From: Bacteroidales bacterium
Lineage (GTDB): Bacteria > Bacteroidota > Bacteroidia > Bacteroidales > PUMT01
Assembly (NCBI GenBank): GCA_007133565.1
Contig: SLMM01000125.1
Span: 6,716 to 70,715 of the forward strand
DNA: 64,000 nucleotides
Direction: 5' to 3'
Shown: positions 26,229 to 36,578 of the stretch, piece by piece
How the letters are laid out: the number at the start of each line of letters is the position of its first letter
How positions within the stretch are numbered: position 1 is the stretch's first letter
Position numbers and translations under genes: made by a program
The notes under the pieces: generated by a model
The model's input: the letters and a program-made list of their open reading frames with translations, nothing else
Databases searched by the model: none
What the model was told of the DNA's origin: nothing

Positions 26229-27431
26229 ATGCATATAGGTATACTGAAAGAGACAAAGGTCCCGATTGACCGAAGAACCCCCCTGACACCGGAGGCAGCG
26301 GTTGAACTTATGAAACAATACCCTGAATTTCAGATTACCGCCCAGCGAAGCGATATCAGATGTTACAATGATGATGAGTACACACTGTCGGGTATTCCGG
26401 TAAGTGACGACATGTCAGGTTGCGATCTGCTCGTTGGTGTCAAGGAAGTGGCCGTTTCCAGACTCCTCCAGGGTAAGACATATATGTTTTTTTCACATAC
26501 TGCAAAGAAACAGCCTCACAACAGGAAGCTTCTTCAGGAAATTGTCAGCAATAAGATAACCCTGATAGATTATGAATATCTGACAGGCAATGATAATAAC
26601 AGGCTTGTTGCATTTGGAAGGTGGGCCGGGATTGTTGGCGCATATAACGGTTTGCGGGCATTGGGTCTTCGCAACGGATTTTTTGACCTTAAACCGGCGC
26701 ACGAATGTCATGAAATGACTGAAATGATTGCAGAACTGAAGAAGGTGCACCTTCCACCCGTAAAGATACTGATAACAGGAGGCGGCAGAGTTGCCCAGGG
26801 TGCACTTGAAACGCTTGACCCTCTCGGCTACAAAAAGGTAAGGCCCGTCGACTTCATTGAGAAAAGCTTCAATGAACCTGTAATTTGTCAGCTTGACCCC
26901 TGGGACTATGTGAGGAGAAAGGATGGAGATGACTTTGACCTGCAGCATTTTTTCTATTACCCCGAGGAGTATGAATCTGTTTTTTATCCCTACAGTACAG
27001 TTACAGATATGTTTATTCCCTGCCATTACTGGGATCCCAGGTCGCCTGCATTCCTGGAGAAGGAGGATTACCTGAAGCCGGATTTCAGAATTTCCGTCAT
27101 TGCCGATGTCAGTTGCGATATTGACGGGCCTGTTGCATCAACCATCCGGGCCTCCACTATTGAAGAGCCTTTTTATGGATATGATCCTTCTAGCGGTAGT
27201 GAATCAGACCCGTTCGCCAAAAAGAATGTAACGGTTATGGCTGTCGACAACCTTCCCGGTGAACTTCCAAGGGACGCCTCCCGTGAGTTCTCTGAAAAAC
27301 TTATCGAAAGTGTCTTTCCGTCATTTTTAAATGACAGGGACGGTATAATAGAAAGGGCAACTATTGTGAGGGAGGGAGGCCTTACACGGAATTTTTCCTA
27401 TCTGGAGGATTACCTGGCCGGCAAAGAGTAG
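26229..27431 (+). CDS. Saccharopine dehydrogenase / lysine-ketoglutarate reductase-like protein (AlaDH/PNT family)
   Basis: The N-terminus MHIGILKETKVPIDRRTPLTP, the FFSHTAKKQPHNRKLL motif and the Rossmann motif ILITGGGRVAQGA resemble LKR/SDH (LYS1-like) enzymes. The start was refined to the ATG at 26229 because the track's longer ORF overlaps tmRNA. Confidence 0.6.
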   Translation: MHIGILKETKVPIDRRTPLTPEAAVELMKQYPEFQITAQRSDIRCYNDDEYTLSGIPVSDDMSGCDLLVGVKEVAVSRLLQGKTYMFFSHTAKKQPHNRKLLQEIVSNKITLIDYEYLTGNDNNRLVAFGRWAGIVGAYNGLRALGLRNGFFDLKPAHECHEMTEMIAELKKVHLPPVKILITGGGRVAQGALETLDPLGYKKVRPVDFIEKSFNEPVICQLDPWDYVRRKDGDDFDLQHFFYYPEEYESVFYPYSTVTDMFIPCHYWDPRSPAFLEKEDYLKPDFRISVIADVSCDIDGPVASTIRASTIEEPFYGYDPSSGSESDPFAKKNVTVMAVDNLPGELPRDASREFSEKLIESVFPSFLNDRDGIIERATIVREGGLTRNFSYLEDYLAGKE

Positions 27432-27510
27432 AGGCATCAGGGCAGGTACCTGAAAAATATCATTGGCAACTGAGAAGACCACCTGCTGAAAGGCTAAGGT
27501 TTATGCGGGT

Positions 27511-28176
27511 TTATGTAATCGATCTGACCGGTCTTCTTAGCAGTTCAATTGTTTTTGAAGGATTTTCGGAATTGAAAACAGTATTGCCTGCCACCAGTAC
27601 GTCCACTCCAGCTTTAACAAGCAGTGGGGCATTTTCCAGGTCCACTCCCCCATCAACTTCTATAAGGGCCTGCGAACCAGTTTCTTTTATCAGGGTGCGG
27701 AGCTTCCTTATTTTATTATAGCTGCTCTCAATAAATGATTGTCCACCAAAACCCGGATTAACGGTCATGATGAGAACCAGGTCAAGGTCGGGAAGTATCT
27801 CCTCCAGCAAATTAACCGGGGTATGTGGGTTCAGGGAAATGCCTGCCTGCATTCCCAGATTCCGGATATCCTTTATAACACTGTGAAGATGGGTGACTGC
27901 TTCATAGTGGACTGTTAGGACTGATGCTCCAGTTTCACTGAAACGTTCAAGGTATTTGTCTGGCTCGGCCATCATCAGGTGCACATCCAGGGGTTTCTTT
28001 GCTTTTTTCCTGATTGCTTCCAGCACAGGGAAGCCGATGCTGATGTTTGGTACAAATACCCCGTCCATTATATCAACATGGAACCAGTCCGCCACAGACC
28101 TGTTTACCATTTCAATGTCTGCATCAAGATTGCCAAAGTTTGCTGAGAGTAAAGAGGGAGCTACCATTGGTTGCAT
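27511..28176 (-). CDS. rpe: Ribulose-phosphate 3-epimerase
   Basis: Motifs APSLLSANF, WFHVDIMDGVFVPNISIG, DVHLM, MTVNPGFGGQ and EVDGG are present. Confidence 0.95.
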   Translation of the reverse strand: MQPMVAPSLLSANFGNLDADIEMVNRSVADWFHVDIMDGVFVPNISIGFPVLEAIRKKAKKPLDVHLMMAEPDKYLERFSETGASVLTVHYEAVTHLHSVIKDIRNLGMQAGISLNPHTPVNLLEEILPDLDLVLIMTVNPGFGGQSFIESSYNKIRKLRTLIKETGSQALIEVDGGVDLENAPLLVKAGVDVLVAGNTVFNSENPSKTIELLRRPVRSIT

Positions 28177-28229
28177 TGGTCTGACTTTTTCTGGGTTGAA
28201 AGATAAATACGGGCTGGATTCAGGATGTT

Positions 28230-29090
28230 CTAAAGATATGTTTTCAGAATTTTATTCTTTGTGGAATGCTTCAGTCGCTTGATGGCTTTTTCCTTGATCT
28301 GCCTTACCCGCTCCCTCGTCAGGTTGAAGGCTTCTCCTATCTCCTCAAGAGTATGGGGATGTTTCCCGTTCAGGCCAAAGTAGAGCCTTACTATATTTGC
28401 TTCCCGGTATGTGAGGGTTGACAGGGCCCTTTCAATCTCCTTTCTTAAAGATTCATTCAGTAACTCCCTGTCAGGCTCGGGCATATTGTCGGTAAGCAGA
28501 ACATCATACATATTGCCTTCCTCGTCGGGATTAAGCGGGGCATCCATGGAGAGATGCCGGCCTGATGTTTTAAGCGATTCCTTAACATCTTTCGGGGCCA
28601 GTTCAAGTGCATGGGCTATTTCAAGTACAGACGGCTCTCTCTCAAATTTCTGTTCAAGTTCGGAAAAGGTCCGGTTAATCTTGTTTATATAGCCTATTTT
28701 GTTGAGTGGCAGCCTTACAATCCTGGCCTGTTCTGCGAGTGCCTGTAATATTGATTGCCTTATCCACCAGACTGCATATGAAATGAACTTGAATCCCCTG
28801 GTCTCATCAAACCTTTGGGCAGCTTTTATCAGGCCCAGGTTACCTTCATTTATAAGGTCAGGCAGACTTAATCCCTGGTTCTGATATTGTTTTGAGACGG
28901 ATACAACAAATCTCAGATTTGCTTTGATTAGCACATCAAGGGCTTTTTCATCACCGTTTCGTATTCTCCTGGCCAGCTCAACTTCCTCCTCGGCAGAGAT
29001 CAGCTCGACTTTTGCAATTTCGTGCAGATACTTGTCAAGCGAGGGTGTTTCCCTGTTGGTTACCTGTTTGATGATCTTTAGCTGCCTCAT
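28230..29090 (-). CDS. rpoD: Primary RNA polymerase sigma factor (sigma-A, short Bacteroidota form)
   Basis: Region 2 ([22 protein letters not shown]), region 3, and region 4.2 ([28 protein letters not shown]). The 286-aa length is typical for Bacteroidota sigma-A. Confidence 0.95.
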   Translation of the reverse strand: MRQLKIIKQVTNRETPSLDKYLHEIAKVELISAEEEVELARRIRNGDEKALDVLIKANLRFVVSVSKQYQNQGLSLPDLINEGNLGLIKAAQRFDETRGFKFISYAVWWIRQSILQALAEQARIVRLPLNKIGYINKINRTFSELEQKFEREPSVLEIAHALELAPKDVKESLKTSGRHLSMDAPLNPDEEGNMYDVLLTDNMPEPDRELLNESLRKEIERALSTLTYREANIVRLYFGLNGKHPHTLEEIGEAFNLTRERVRQIKEKAIKRLKHSTKNKILKTYL

Positions 29091-29198
29091 TAGGGTTGAG
29101 AGTTTTGTTCATTAAAAAGTATTTACGGAAACCAGAAGTTAAAGTTGCATGCTCTGTAAAATTATTCGCAAACAGGTTCGTTTAATAAACTTATTTTT

Positions 29199-29227
29199 TT
29201 TGTATTAAGGAAAATACCTTAACTTTG
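29199..29227 (+). promoter_or_regulatory. Candidate sigma-A promoter for rho: TTTG (29199-29202), 17 nt spacer, TAACTTTG (29220-29227)
   Basis: The -7 box matches TAnnTTTG and the -33 box is TTTG. The spacer is slightly short. This start would leave a leader of about 240 nt. Confidence 0.3.
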
Positions 29228-29468
29228 TAAGCAAAAGTAAAATTAACTATAAGTTCATTAAAATAGCAACACAGGGTGAAAAAATCACGTTTTTTTACCC
29301 GATATTTGATTAATCCCCTGAAATAACTATTATTGCAAAATATTTCCACTTATTTAATCATTGCAGGGCAAACAAGATATTTCCTTGTCTCATACCAGAT
29401 ACCGGATACCGAAACCGGTTTTAAATCATAACTAACATTCAATTTATTCATTAATTCCAGATAAACAT

Positions 29469-31217
29469 ATGTACGATATTCTTGAACTGAACAAGAAACT
29501 TGTTCCTGAGCTTCGTGAGATTGCCAAGGAGTTGAAAATCAAGCGCGTAGAGTCTCTTAAGAAACAAGATCTTATTTATAAAATACTTGATCAGCAGGCT
29601 ATCAACACCTCCGGGAAGGATGTTGAAAGAATTAAAAAGGCATCGGCAGGTCAGGGCCAGGCTGCCGGCAAACGGCGGGGAAGACCACCGAAGCATAAAA
29701 AGAAGAAGGAAGAGGCCCAGGTTTCCGAAAGCAAGACAGAAGGAGTCAAAACAAAGGAAACCCCGCCAGAGGTAGAAGAAAGGAAACAGGTTGAAAAACA
29801 AGATAATATAGGTGCTTCAGGTCATGATAAGCCGGTAAGAAGTGATAGGGATTTTGCTTCCCCCAGGCAGAAGGATGTTGCTTCCCCCAGGCAGAAGGAT
29901 GTTGCTTCCCCCAGGCAAAAGGATGATGCTTCTCCCAGGCAAAAGGATGATGCTTCTCCCAGGCAGAAGGATGATGCCCGGGCTCCGCAAAAGACAAGAG
30001 ATGATGAAAAAGTCCATCAACCAGAAAAGCAAGGCAAAGAGGCGTATCATAAAAAGCAGCAATATGATAGAAAAAGTGCCGCGCGGGAGTATGATTTTGA
30101 TGGTATAATATCTACTTCAGGTTTGCTGGAGATCATGCCCGACGGGTACGGTTTCCTCAGGTCATCCGACTATAATTACCTTAACTCTCCGGATGACGTT
30201 TATGTGTCTCAGTCACAGATCAAGCTTTTCGGACTGAAAACCGGCGATACTGTTCAGGGAACAATCCGCCCACCAAAGGAGGGAGAGAAATATTTCCCGC
30301 TTATAAAAGTAGAGCAGATAAACGGCCGGACTCCCGATTTTATAAGGGACAGGGTGCCATTTGACTATCTGACACCATTGTTCCCCGATCAAAAGTTCAC
30401 CCTGGTAAGCGAGAAAAGCAATAGTTTGTCTGCACGTGTAGTGGACCTCTTTGCTCCCATCGGGAAGGGGCAGCGGGGACTGATAGTGGCACAGCCTAAA
30501 ACAGGGAAGACGGTATTGCTCAAGGAAGTTGCGAATGCAATTGCGGCAAATCACCCTGACGTATATATGATGGTCCTTTTGATCGATGAACGTCCCGAAG
30601 AGGTTACCGATATGGCAAGAAGTGTAAGGGGTGAAGTCATTTCATCCACTTTTGATGAACCGGCCGAAAGGCATGTCAGGGTTGCCAACATGGTTATCGA
30701 GAAAGCAAAGCGACTTGTCGAATGTGGCCATGATGTGGTTATTTTGCTCGATTCGATTACGAGGCTGGCCAGAGCTTTCAATACTGTTTCTCCTGCCTCC
30801 GGCAAGGTTCTCTCCGGCGGTGTTGATGCAAATGCCCTGCAAAAGCCCAAAAGGTTCTTCGGGGCAGCCAGAAATATTGAAGGTGGCGGCTCGCTTACAA
30901 TTCTGGCAACCGCTTTGACCGAAACCGGCTCAAAGATGGATGATGTGATATTTGAGGAATTTAAGGGTACTGGTAACATGGAACTGCAGCTCGACAGGAA
31001 ACTTTCCAACAAGCGCATATATCCGTCAGTTGACGTCAACCTTTCAAGTACCAGGAGGGAAGACCTCCTTCTTGACAGGGAGATGATGAATAAAATCTGG
31101 ATACTCCGCAACTATCTGTCTGACATGAACCCGGTTGAATCGATGGAGTTTCTCCGTGACCGCCTGATGAAAACCAACTCAAACGAAGAGTTCCTGATCT
31201 CCATGAACAGTGAATAA
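29469..31217 (+). CDS. rho: Transcription termination factor Rho with a long K/E/Q/P-rich N-terminal insertion
   Basis: N-terminal domain [29 protein letters not shown]-binding region [14 protein letters not shown]. ATPase with [19 protein letters not shown] and the conserved C-terminus [18 protein letters not shown]. About 170 aa of low-complexity insertion lies between the N-terminal helix bundle and the OB fold. Confidence 0.95.
   Translation: MYDILELNKKLVPELREIAKELKIKRVESLKKQDLIYKILDQQAINTSGKDVERIKKASAGQGQAAGKRRGRPPKHKKKKEEAQVSESKTEGVKTKETPPEVEERKQVEKQDNIGASGHDKPVRSDRDFASPRQKDVASPRQKDVASPRQKDDASPRQKDDASPRQKDDARAPQKTRDDEKVHQPEKQGKEAYHKKQQYDRKSAAREYDFDGIISTSGLLEIMPDGYGFLRSSDYNYLNSPDDVYVSQSQIKLFGLKTGDTVQGTIRPPKEGEKYFPLIKVEQINGRTPDFIRDRVPFDYLTPLFPDQKFTLVSEKSNSLSARVVDLFAPIGKGQRGLIVAQPKTGKTVLLKEVANAIAANHPDVYMMVLLIDERPEEVTDMARSVRGEVISSTFDEPAERHVRVANMVIEKAKRLVECGHDVVILLDSITRLARAFNTVSPASGKVLSGGVDANALQKPKRFFGAARNIEGGGSLTILATALTETGSKMDDVIFEEFKGTGNMELQLDRKLSNKRIYPSVDVNLSSTRREDLLLDREMMNKIWILRNYLSDMNPVESMEFLRDRLMKTNSNEEFLISMNSE
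29856..29975 (+). repeat. In-frame tandem repeat, 24 bp x 5 (ASPRQKD[VD]), inside the rho insertion
   Basis: Units start at 29856, 29880, 29904, 29928 and 29952 (GCTTCCCCCAGGCAGAAGGATGTT and variants with 0-3 substitutions). A sixth, degenerate unit follows. Confidence 0.95.
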
Positions 31218-31412
31218 ATAACTGTACAATTAAGATACAGGTAAATATGGTTTATCATAGGGGCCATGCACATCTTGCAGGGCCTTTATGAGCAATGTCA
31301 TATAATTTGTTGTCTCGTTTTTATATTTTTGCTGGTCGCCGGGATTCTGGAGAAATTCCCTGCAGAACCAAACCAGTTACGATACTACTAACCAACTAAT
31401 TATATTAATAAT

Positions 31413-34400
31413 ATGACAAAGAAGAAAAAATTCATTACTTGCGACGGAAACTATGCAGCAGCTCATGTTGCGTATATGTTCAGTGAGGTTGCCGCAATTT
31501 ATCCCATTACCCCTTCATCAAATATGGCTGAAAATGTTGATGAATGGGCAGCAAACGGAAGAAAGAATATTTTCGGAGAGGTTCTCAAGGTTGTGGAGAT
31601 GCAGTCAGAAGGTGGTGCTGCCGGTGCGGTTCACGGCTCACTCCAGTCCGGTGCTCTTACAACAACATTTACTGCATCACAGGGTCTGCTTCTTATGATC
31701 CCTAATATGTACAAAATGGCAGGCGAACTACTTCCCGGAGTTTTTCATGTAAGTGCCAGGAGCCTTGCTGCACAGGCCTTGTCAATATTTGGTGATCACA
31801 GTGATGTAATGAGCACGCGCCAGACCGGATTTGCCCTGCTCGCCACCGGAAGTGTCCAGGAGATAATGGACATTGGAGCGGTTGCCCATCTGGCATCGAT
31901 CAGGACAAGGATCCCGTTCCTTCATTTCTTTGATGGTTTCAGAACTTCGCATGAGCTCCAGAAAGTTGAACCATGCGATCAGGATGAGATGGCAAAGCTC
32001 CTTGATACGGACGCTGTACAGGCATTCCGTGAAAGAGCTCTTAACCCGGAGCATCCGGTTACCCGGGGTACCGCGCAGAACCCCGACATTTATTTCCAGT
32101 CGCGCGAAGCGGCAAACAAGTTTTATGATGCTGTTCCGGACGTTGTTGAAGAGTATATGCAGGAGATTACAAAGATCACCGGCAGGGAATATCACCCCTT
32201 CACCTATTATGGAGACCCAGATGCTACTGACATTATTATTGCGATGGGTTCGATTACGGATACAATTAAGGAAACGGTGGACCACATAAACTCAAAAGGT
32301 GGCAAGGTTGGTCTTATATCTGTTCATCTCTACCGGCCGTTCTCATCAAAGTATTTTATGAAGGTACTTCCAAAATCGGTCAAGAGGATTGCAGTACTTG
32401 ACAGGACCAAGGAACCGGGTGCTAATGGCGAACCCCTGTACCTTGATGTAAAGGACCTTTTTTACGGACAGCCTGACGCACCTCTGGTAGTCGGTGGCCG
32501 CTACGGATTAAGCTCGAAGGATACAACTCCCGCAATGATAATGTCTGTCTATGAGAACCTCAAACTGCCGGAACCCAAAAACAGGTTCACGGTTGGTATA
32601 GTTGACGATGTTACATTCCGGTCACTTCCCCTGCTGCCGGAAATTGACGTATCACCTGAAGGCAACTATGCTGCCAAATTCTACGGTATTGGTGCTGATG
32701 GTACTGTGGGTGCGAATAAAAACTCGATTATAATAATTGGAGATACGACTGATAAGTTTGCACAGGCATATTTTGCATATGACTCAAAAAAATCAGGTGG
32801 AATTACTGTATCACACCTTCGTTTTGGCGATAGCCCAATACGTTCACCTTACCTGGTAAATACAGCTGATTTTGTGGCATGCCATGTTCCTGCCTATCTT
32901 GAGAAATATGATCTGCTCAAGGGACTTAAAAAAGGCGGTACGTTCCTGCTCAACAGTATCTGGAGCGAGGAGGAGACGAAAAAGAGACTTCCTGCCAAAA
33001 TGAAAAAATATATGGCTGAAAATGACATTCAGTTCTATTTGATAAATGCCACCAGCATTGCTGAAGATATAGGGCTTGGCGGAAGGACCAATACTATAAT
33101 GCAGTCGGCGTTCTTTAAAATTTCAAATGTCATTCCATACGAGAAGGCGGTTGAAGAGATGAAGAAAGCCATCGTCAAGTCATTCGGAATGAAGGGCGAG
33201 GAGATTGTTGCCATGAATAACGCTGCAGTTGACAAGGGTGGAGACGTGATCAAAATTGATATCCCGGCCGATTGGAAAAATATGGATGACAGTAAACCTG
33301 AGGATAAGAGGGATATTCCCGACTTTATCAAGAATATCATGGAACCCATAAATGCACAGAACGGCGACAGCCTGCCGGTGAGTGCATTCCTGGGTCGTGA
33401 GGACGGAACATTCCCCGCAGGAACAACTGCCTACGAGAAACGCGGTATTGCGGTTCATGTGCCTAAATGGATACCTGAGAACTGTATACAATGCAACCAG
33501 TGTGCATATGTATGTCCTCATGCTGTAATAAGGCCTTTCCTGCTGACTGAGAAGGAGGCTGAGAATGCACCTGAAGGTACCGACACGATAAAGGGAATCG
33601 GGGGGACCAAGGATTACCTGTACCGCATGCAGATCAGTCCCCTTGACTGTACAGGTTGCGGAAACTGTGTAGATGTATGTCCTTCCAAGACCAAGGCTCT
33701 TGAAATGCACTCCCTGGAATCTCAGATGGTTGAAGATGAGCGCTGGGAATACATGCATAATAAGGTTGGATATAAGGACACAGTGCTTCAAAAAGATAAA
33801 TCGGTCAAGAACAGCCAGTTTGCACAGCCGTTGTTTGAGTTTTCGGGAGCATGTGCAGGTTGTGGCGAAACACCATATATCAAGCTGATAACGCAGTTGT
33901 ATGGAGATCGCATGATGGTGGCAAATGCAACAGGGTGTTCATCTATCTACGGAGGATCGGCACCTTCAACGCCCTATACTGCCAACAATAACGGCCATGG
34001 CCCTGCATGGGCCAATTCCCTCTTTGAGGACAATGCAGAATACGGCTATGGAATGTATCTGGGTGTAAGGCAAATGCGTTTGAGGATCGAAGGGCTTATG
34101 AAAAAGGCTCTTGAGGGTGATCTGTCACCGAAGATAAAGGAGGCCTTTACAGACTGGCTCGATAGTAAAGAAGACGGAGAAAAGTCAAAGGCAGCCTCAG
34201 AGAAGGTAAAAGAGGAGCTTAAGGATCAGAAAGACGAGATCTCGGTTGAGATAATGAAGCTTAAGCAATACCTGGTCAAAAAGTCGGTATGGGTATTCGG
34301 AGGTGATGGATGGGCCTATGATATCGGTTATGGCGGTTTAGACCATGTCATAGCTTCAGGCGATGATATAAATATGCTTGTTATGGATACCGAGGTATAC

Positions 34401-34946
34401 AGCAACACCGGAGGCCAGGCTTCCAAGTCCACTCCCATAGGTGCGGTTGCCAAATTTGCGGCTGCAGGGAAGAGGATACGCAAGAAGGATCTTGGTATAA
34501 TGGCTTTGAGTTATGGTTATGTATATGTTGCCCAGGTTGCTCTTGGGGCTAGCCAGGCACAGTTCTTTAAAGCTGTTAAGGAAGCAGAGTCGTATCCCGG
34601 CCCATCGGTTATAATTGCATATTCACCTTGTATCAACCATGGCCTCAGGGGTGGTATGGGCAAGACCATGGATGAGAGCAAGCGTGCAGTTGAGGCTGGT
34701 TACTGGACCAACTGGCGTTATAACCCGGTTCTTGAGCAGGAAGGAAAGAACCCCTTCGTTCTCGATTCAAAGGAGCCCGACTGGAGCAAGTTCCAGGAAT
34801 TCCTTAAGTCGGAAGTAAGGTACACTTCACTCCAGAAAGCCTTCCCTGATGTAGCAGCAGAGTTGTTCAAGGCTGCTGAGGAGAATGCAAAGTGGAGATA
34901 CCAGAGTTATGTCCGGATGGCTTCAATGGACTTCTCTACAGTATAA
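31413..34946 (+). CDS. nifJ: Pyruvate:ferredoxin (flavodoxin) oxidoreductase
   Basis: A 1177-aa single-chain PFOR. It has two ferredoxin-type clusters (CIQCNQCAYVCPHAVIRP, CTGCGNCVDVCP) and the TPP-binding region GDGWAYDIGYGGLDHV. Confidence 0.95.
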   Translation: MTKKKKFITCDGNYAAAHVAYMFSEVAAIYPITPSSNMAENVDEWAANGRKNIFGEVLKVVEMQSEGGAAGAVHGSLQSGALTTTFTASQGLLLMIPNMYKMAGELLPGVFHVSARSLAAQALSIFGDHSDVMSTRQTGFALLATGSVQEIMDIGAVAHLASIRTRIPFLHFFDGFRTSHELQKVEPCDQDEMAKLLDTDAVQAFRERALNPEHPVTRGTAQNPDIYFQSREAANKFYDAVPDVVEEYMQEITKITGREYHPFTYYGDPDATDIIIAMGSITDTIKETVDHINSKGGKVGLISVHLYRPFSSKYFMKVLPKSVKRIAVLDRTKEPGANGEPLYLDVKDLFYGQPDAPLVVGGRYGLSSKDTTPAMIMSVYENLKLPEPKNRFTVGIVDDVTFRSLPLLPEIDVSPEGNYAAKFYGIGADGTVGANKNSIIIIGDTTDKFAQAYFAYDSKKSGGITVSHLRFGDSPIRSPYLVNTADFVACHVPAYLEKYDLLKGLKKGGTFLLNSIWSEEETKKRLPAKMKKYMAENDIQFYLINATSIAEDIGLGGRTNTIMQSAFFKISNVIPYEKAVEEMKKAIVKSFGMKGEEIVAMNNAAVDKGGDVIKIDIPADWKNMDDSKPEDKRDIPDFIKNIMEPINAQNGDSLPVSAFLGREDGTFPAGTTAYEKRGIAVHVPKWIPENCIQCNQCAYVCPHAVIRPFLLTEKEAENAPEGTDTIKGIGGTKDYLYRMQISPLDCTGCGNCVDVCPSKTKALEMHSLESQMVEDERWEYMHNKVGYKDTVLQKDKSVKNSQFAQPLFEFSGACAGCGETPYIKLITQLYGDRMMVANATGCSSIYGGSAPSTPYTANNNGHGPAWANSLFEDNAEYGYGMYLGVRQMRLRIEGLMKKALEGDLSPKIKEAFTDWLDSKEDGEKSKAASEKVKEELKDQKDEISVEIMKLKQYLVKKSVWVFGGDGWAYDIGYGGLDHVIASGDDINMLVMDTEVYSNTGGQASKSTPIGAVAKFAAAGKRIRKKDLGIMALSYGYVYVAQVALGASQAQFFKAVKEAESYPGPSVIIAYSPCINHGLRGGMGKTMDESKRAVEAGYWTNWRYNPVLEQEGKNPFVLDSKEPDWSKFQEFLKSEVRYTSLQKAFPDVAAELFKAAEENAKWRYQSYVRMASMDFSTV

Positions 34947-34968
34947 TTATGATCTCACATAATATAAA

Positions 34969-34995
34969 GCGGCCTCTCAGAGGCCGCTTTTTTTT
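34969..34995 (+). terminator. Strong intrinsic terminator after nifJ
   Basis: GCGGCCT-CTCAG-AGGCCGC forms a 7-bp GC-rich stem followed by T8, with an AAA tract upstream. Confidence 0.85.
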
Positions 34996-35055
34996 GAACC
35001 AAGATTGTTGTAAATTGTTACCCACTAAGTATTGTTAAACTAAATATTGAAAATT

Positions 35056-36069
35056 ATGGCTGATCTGAAAACCAAATTTATGGGGATCGATGTTAAGAAT
35101 CCCATTGTAGTCGGTGCATGCAATCTTTCCCAGAACCCTGAAACCCTTGTTCAGCTTGAGAAAGCAGGAGCATCCGCAATTGTATATAAATCTCTTTTTG
35201 AAGAACAGATACAGTATGAAAGGATTCAGATGAACGAATCATTGCATGAGTTTGACGACAGGCATGCCGAGATGACAAGTATCCATCCCAGGCTTGAACA
35301 TGGAGGGCCAAAGGAATATCTGCTTGAACTGAAGAAAGCCAAAGAGGCTCTTTCAATACCTCTTATTGCGAGCCTTAACGCCGTTTATAAAGAGACATGG
35401 GTCGAATATGCACAACTTATCCAGGAAACCGGTGTTGACGGGATTGAACTCAACTTTTATGCTGCCCCGAAAGATGCAGTTACTGAGGCTGTGGCAATTG
35501 AAAATCAACAATTGGACATTTTAAAGGCTGTAAGAAAAGTTGTCAGCATACCGGTAGGAGTCAAGCTTGGACCCTTCTATTCAAATCCTGTATACGTCGC
35601 ATCACAAATGGATAAACTGGGTGTTAACGGTTTTGTTATGTTTAACAGGCTCTTCCAGCCCGATATTGACGTGGAAGGGGAGAAGCACGTCTTTCCTTTC
35701 TTCCTTAGCAGAGAAGGGGATTACAGGCTTTCTCTCAGGTTTACCGGCATGTTGTATAAACACATTAAAGCAAATATTTGCGCTAACACAGGTATATACA
35801 GTGGAAAGGATGTGGCAAGGATGATACTGGCGGGTGCCGATTGTGTCCAGGTAGTCAGTGCCCTGTACAAAAACAAACCAGCACATATTTCATCAATGCT
35901 CTCTGAGCTTGAAAAATGGATGGAAGCCAAATCATATAGTTCTCTTGCCGATTTCCAGGGCAAGCTCTCAAAGGCTTCCATTAGTGATCCTTTTGCCTAT
36001 TCCAGGGCTCAGTATGTTGATATTCTTATGAGACCGGAGGAGATACTGAAAAAGTACCCTGTTGTATGA
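35056..36069 (+). CDS. Dihydroorotate dehydrogenase-like protein (class 1 DHOD fold, function uncertain)
   Basis: The sequence has a TIM-barrel flavoenzyme pattern (FMGIDVKNPIVVGACNLS, GVDGIELNF, VMFNRLFQPDIDVE, VQVVSALY). The start was refined to the ATG at 35056. Confidence 0.65.
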   Translation: MADLKTKFMGIDVKNPIVVGACNLSQNPETLVQLEKAGASAIVYKSLFEEQIQYERIQMNESLHEFDDRHAEMTSIHPRLEHGGPKEYLLELKKAKEALSIPLIASLNAVYKETWVEYAQLIQETGVDGIELNFYAAPKDAVTEAVAIENQQLDILKAVRKVVSIPVGVKLGPFYSNPVYVASQMDKLGVNGFVMFNRLFQPDIDVEGEKHVFPFFLSREGDYRLSLRFTGMLYKHIKANICANTGIYSGKDVARMILAGADCVQVVSALYKNKPAHISSMLSELEKWMEAKSYSSLADFQGKLSKASISDPFAYSRAQYVDILMRPEEILKKYPVV

Positions 36070-36161
36070 TCATGATGGTTACAGGTACACGGTGCTTTAT
36101 TTTGTTTTAACTTTGCAGTAAATTAATTGTATTTTTGCCCTGAAGCTTCAATATCAGTTTT

Positions 36162-36578
36162 ATGGGCAGAATAATGGGTCTGGATGTGGGGCAGAAAAGA
36201 ATTGGGCTGGCAGTTACCGATCCGCTCAGGATTATTGCCACGGGACTTGATACAGTTCATGTATCTGAAGCGTTTGATTATATCGAACAGTATCTGCAGA
36301 AGGAAAGTGTGGATTTTTTCGTGGTGGGTTATCCTGTTCAGATGAACAATAACCCATCATTATCTGTTCAATTTATTGAGCCATTTGTGAAGAAACTTAA
36401 AAAGCGGTTCTCTTCAATTCCCGTAAAGCGGGTGGATGAACGTTTTACTTCAAAGATGGCTTTGCAGGCTATGATTGATGCGGGTGCCGGAAAGCAATCC
36501 AGAAGGAACAAAGCCGCAATCGACAAAATCAGCGCCGTAATAATGCTTCAATCTTATATTGAGAGTGAAAATGTCTGA
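36162..36578 (+). CDS. ruvX: Holliday junction resolvase-like nuclease RuvX (YqgF)
   Basis: MGLDVGQKRIGLAVTD, VVGYP and DERFTS are typical YqgF motifs. Confidence 0.85.
   Translation: MGRIMGLDVGQKRIGLAVTDPLRIIATGLDTVHVSEAFDYIEQYLQKESVDFFVVGYPVQMNNNPSLSVQFIEPFVKKLKKRFSSIPVKRVDERFTSKMALQAMIDAGAGKQSRRNKAAIDKISAVIMLQSYIESENV

Noticed and set aside
25700-26230. Possible genomic island or integrase at the tmRNA 3-prime end
   Set aside because: No integrase, no direct repeat of the ssrA 3-prime end and no compositional break are visible. The neighbours are a convergent lipoprotein gene and a metabolic gene.
29746-30108. Repeat-rich ORFs in alternative frames and strands (LLPPGRRM..., [15 protein letters not shown]..., [13 protein letters not shown]...), and the question of whether the 24-bp repeats could be a CRISPR array or minisatellite outside a gene
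   Set aside because: The repeats are head-to-tail with no spacers, are in frame within rho, and sit between unmistakable Rho domains. The other frames are artefacts of the periodicity.
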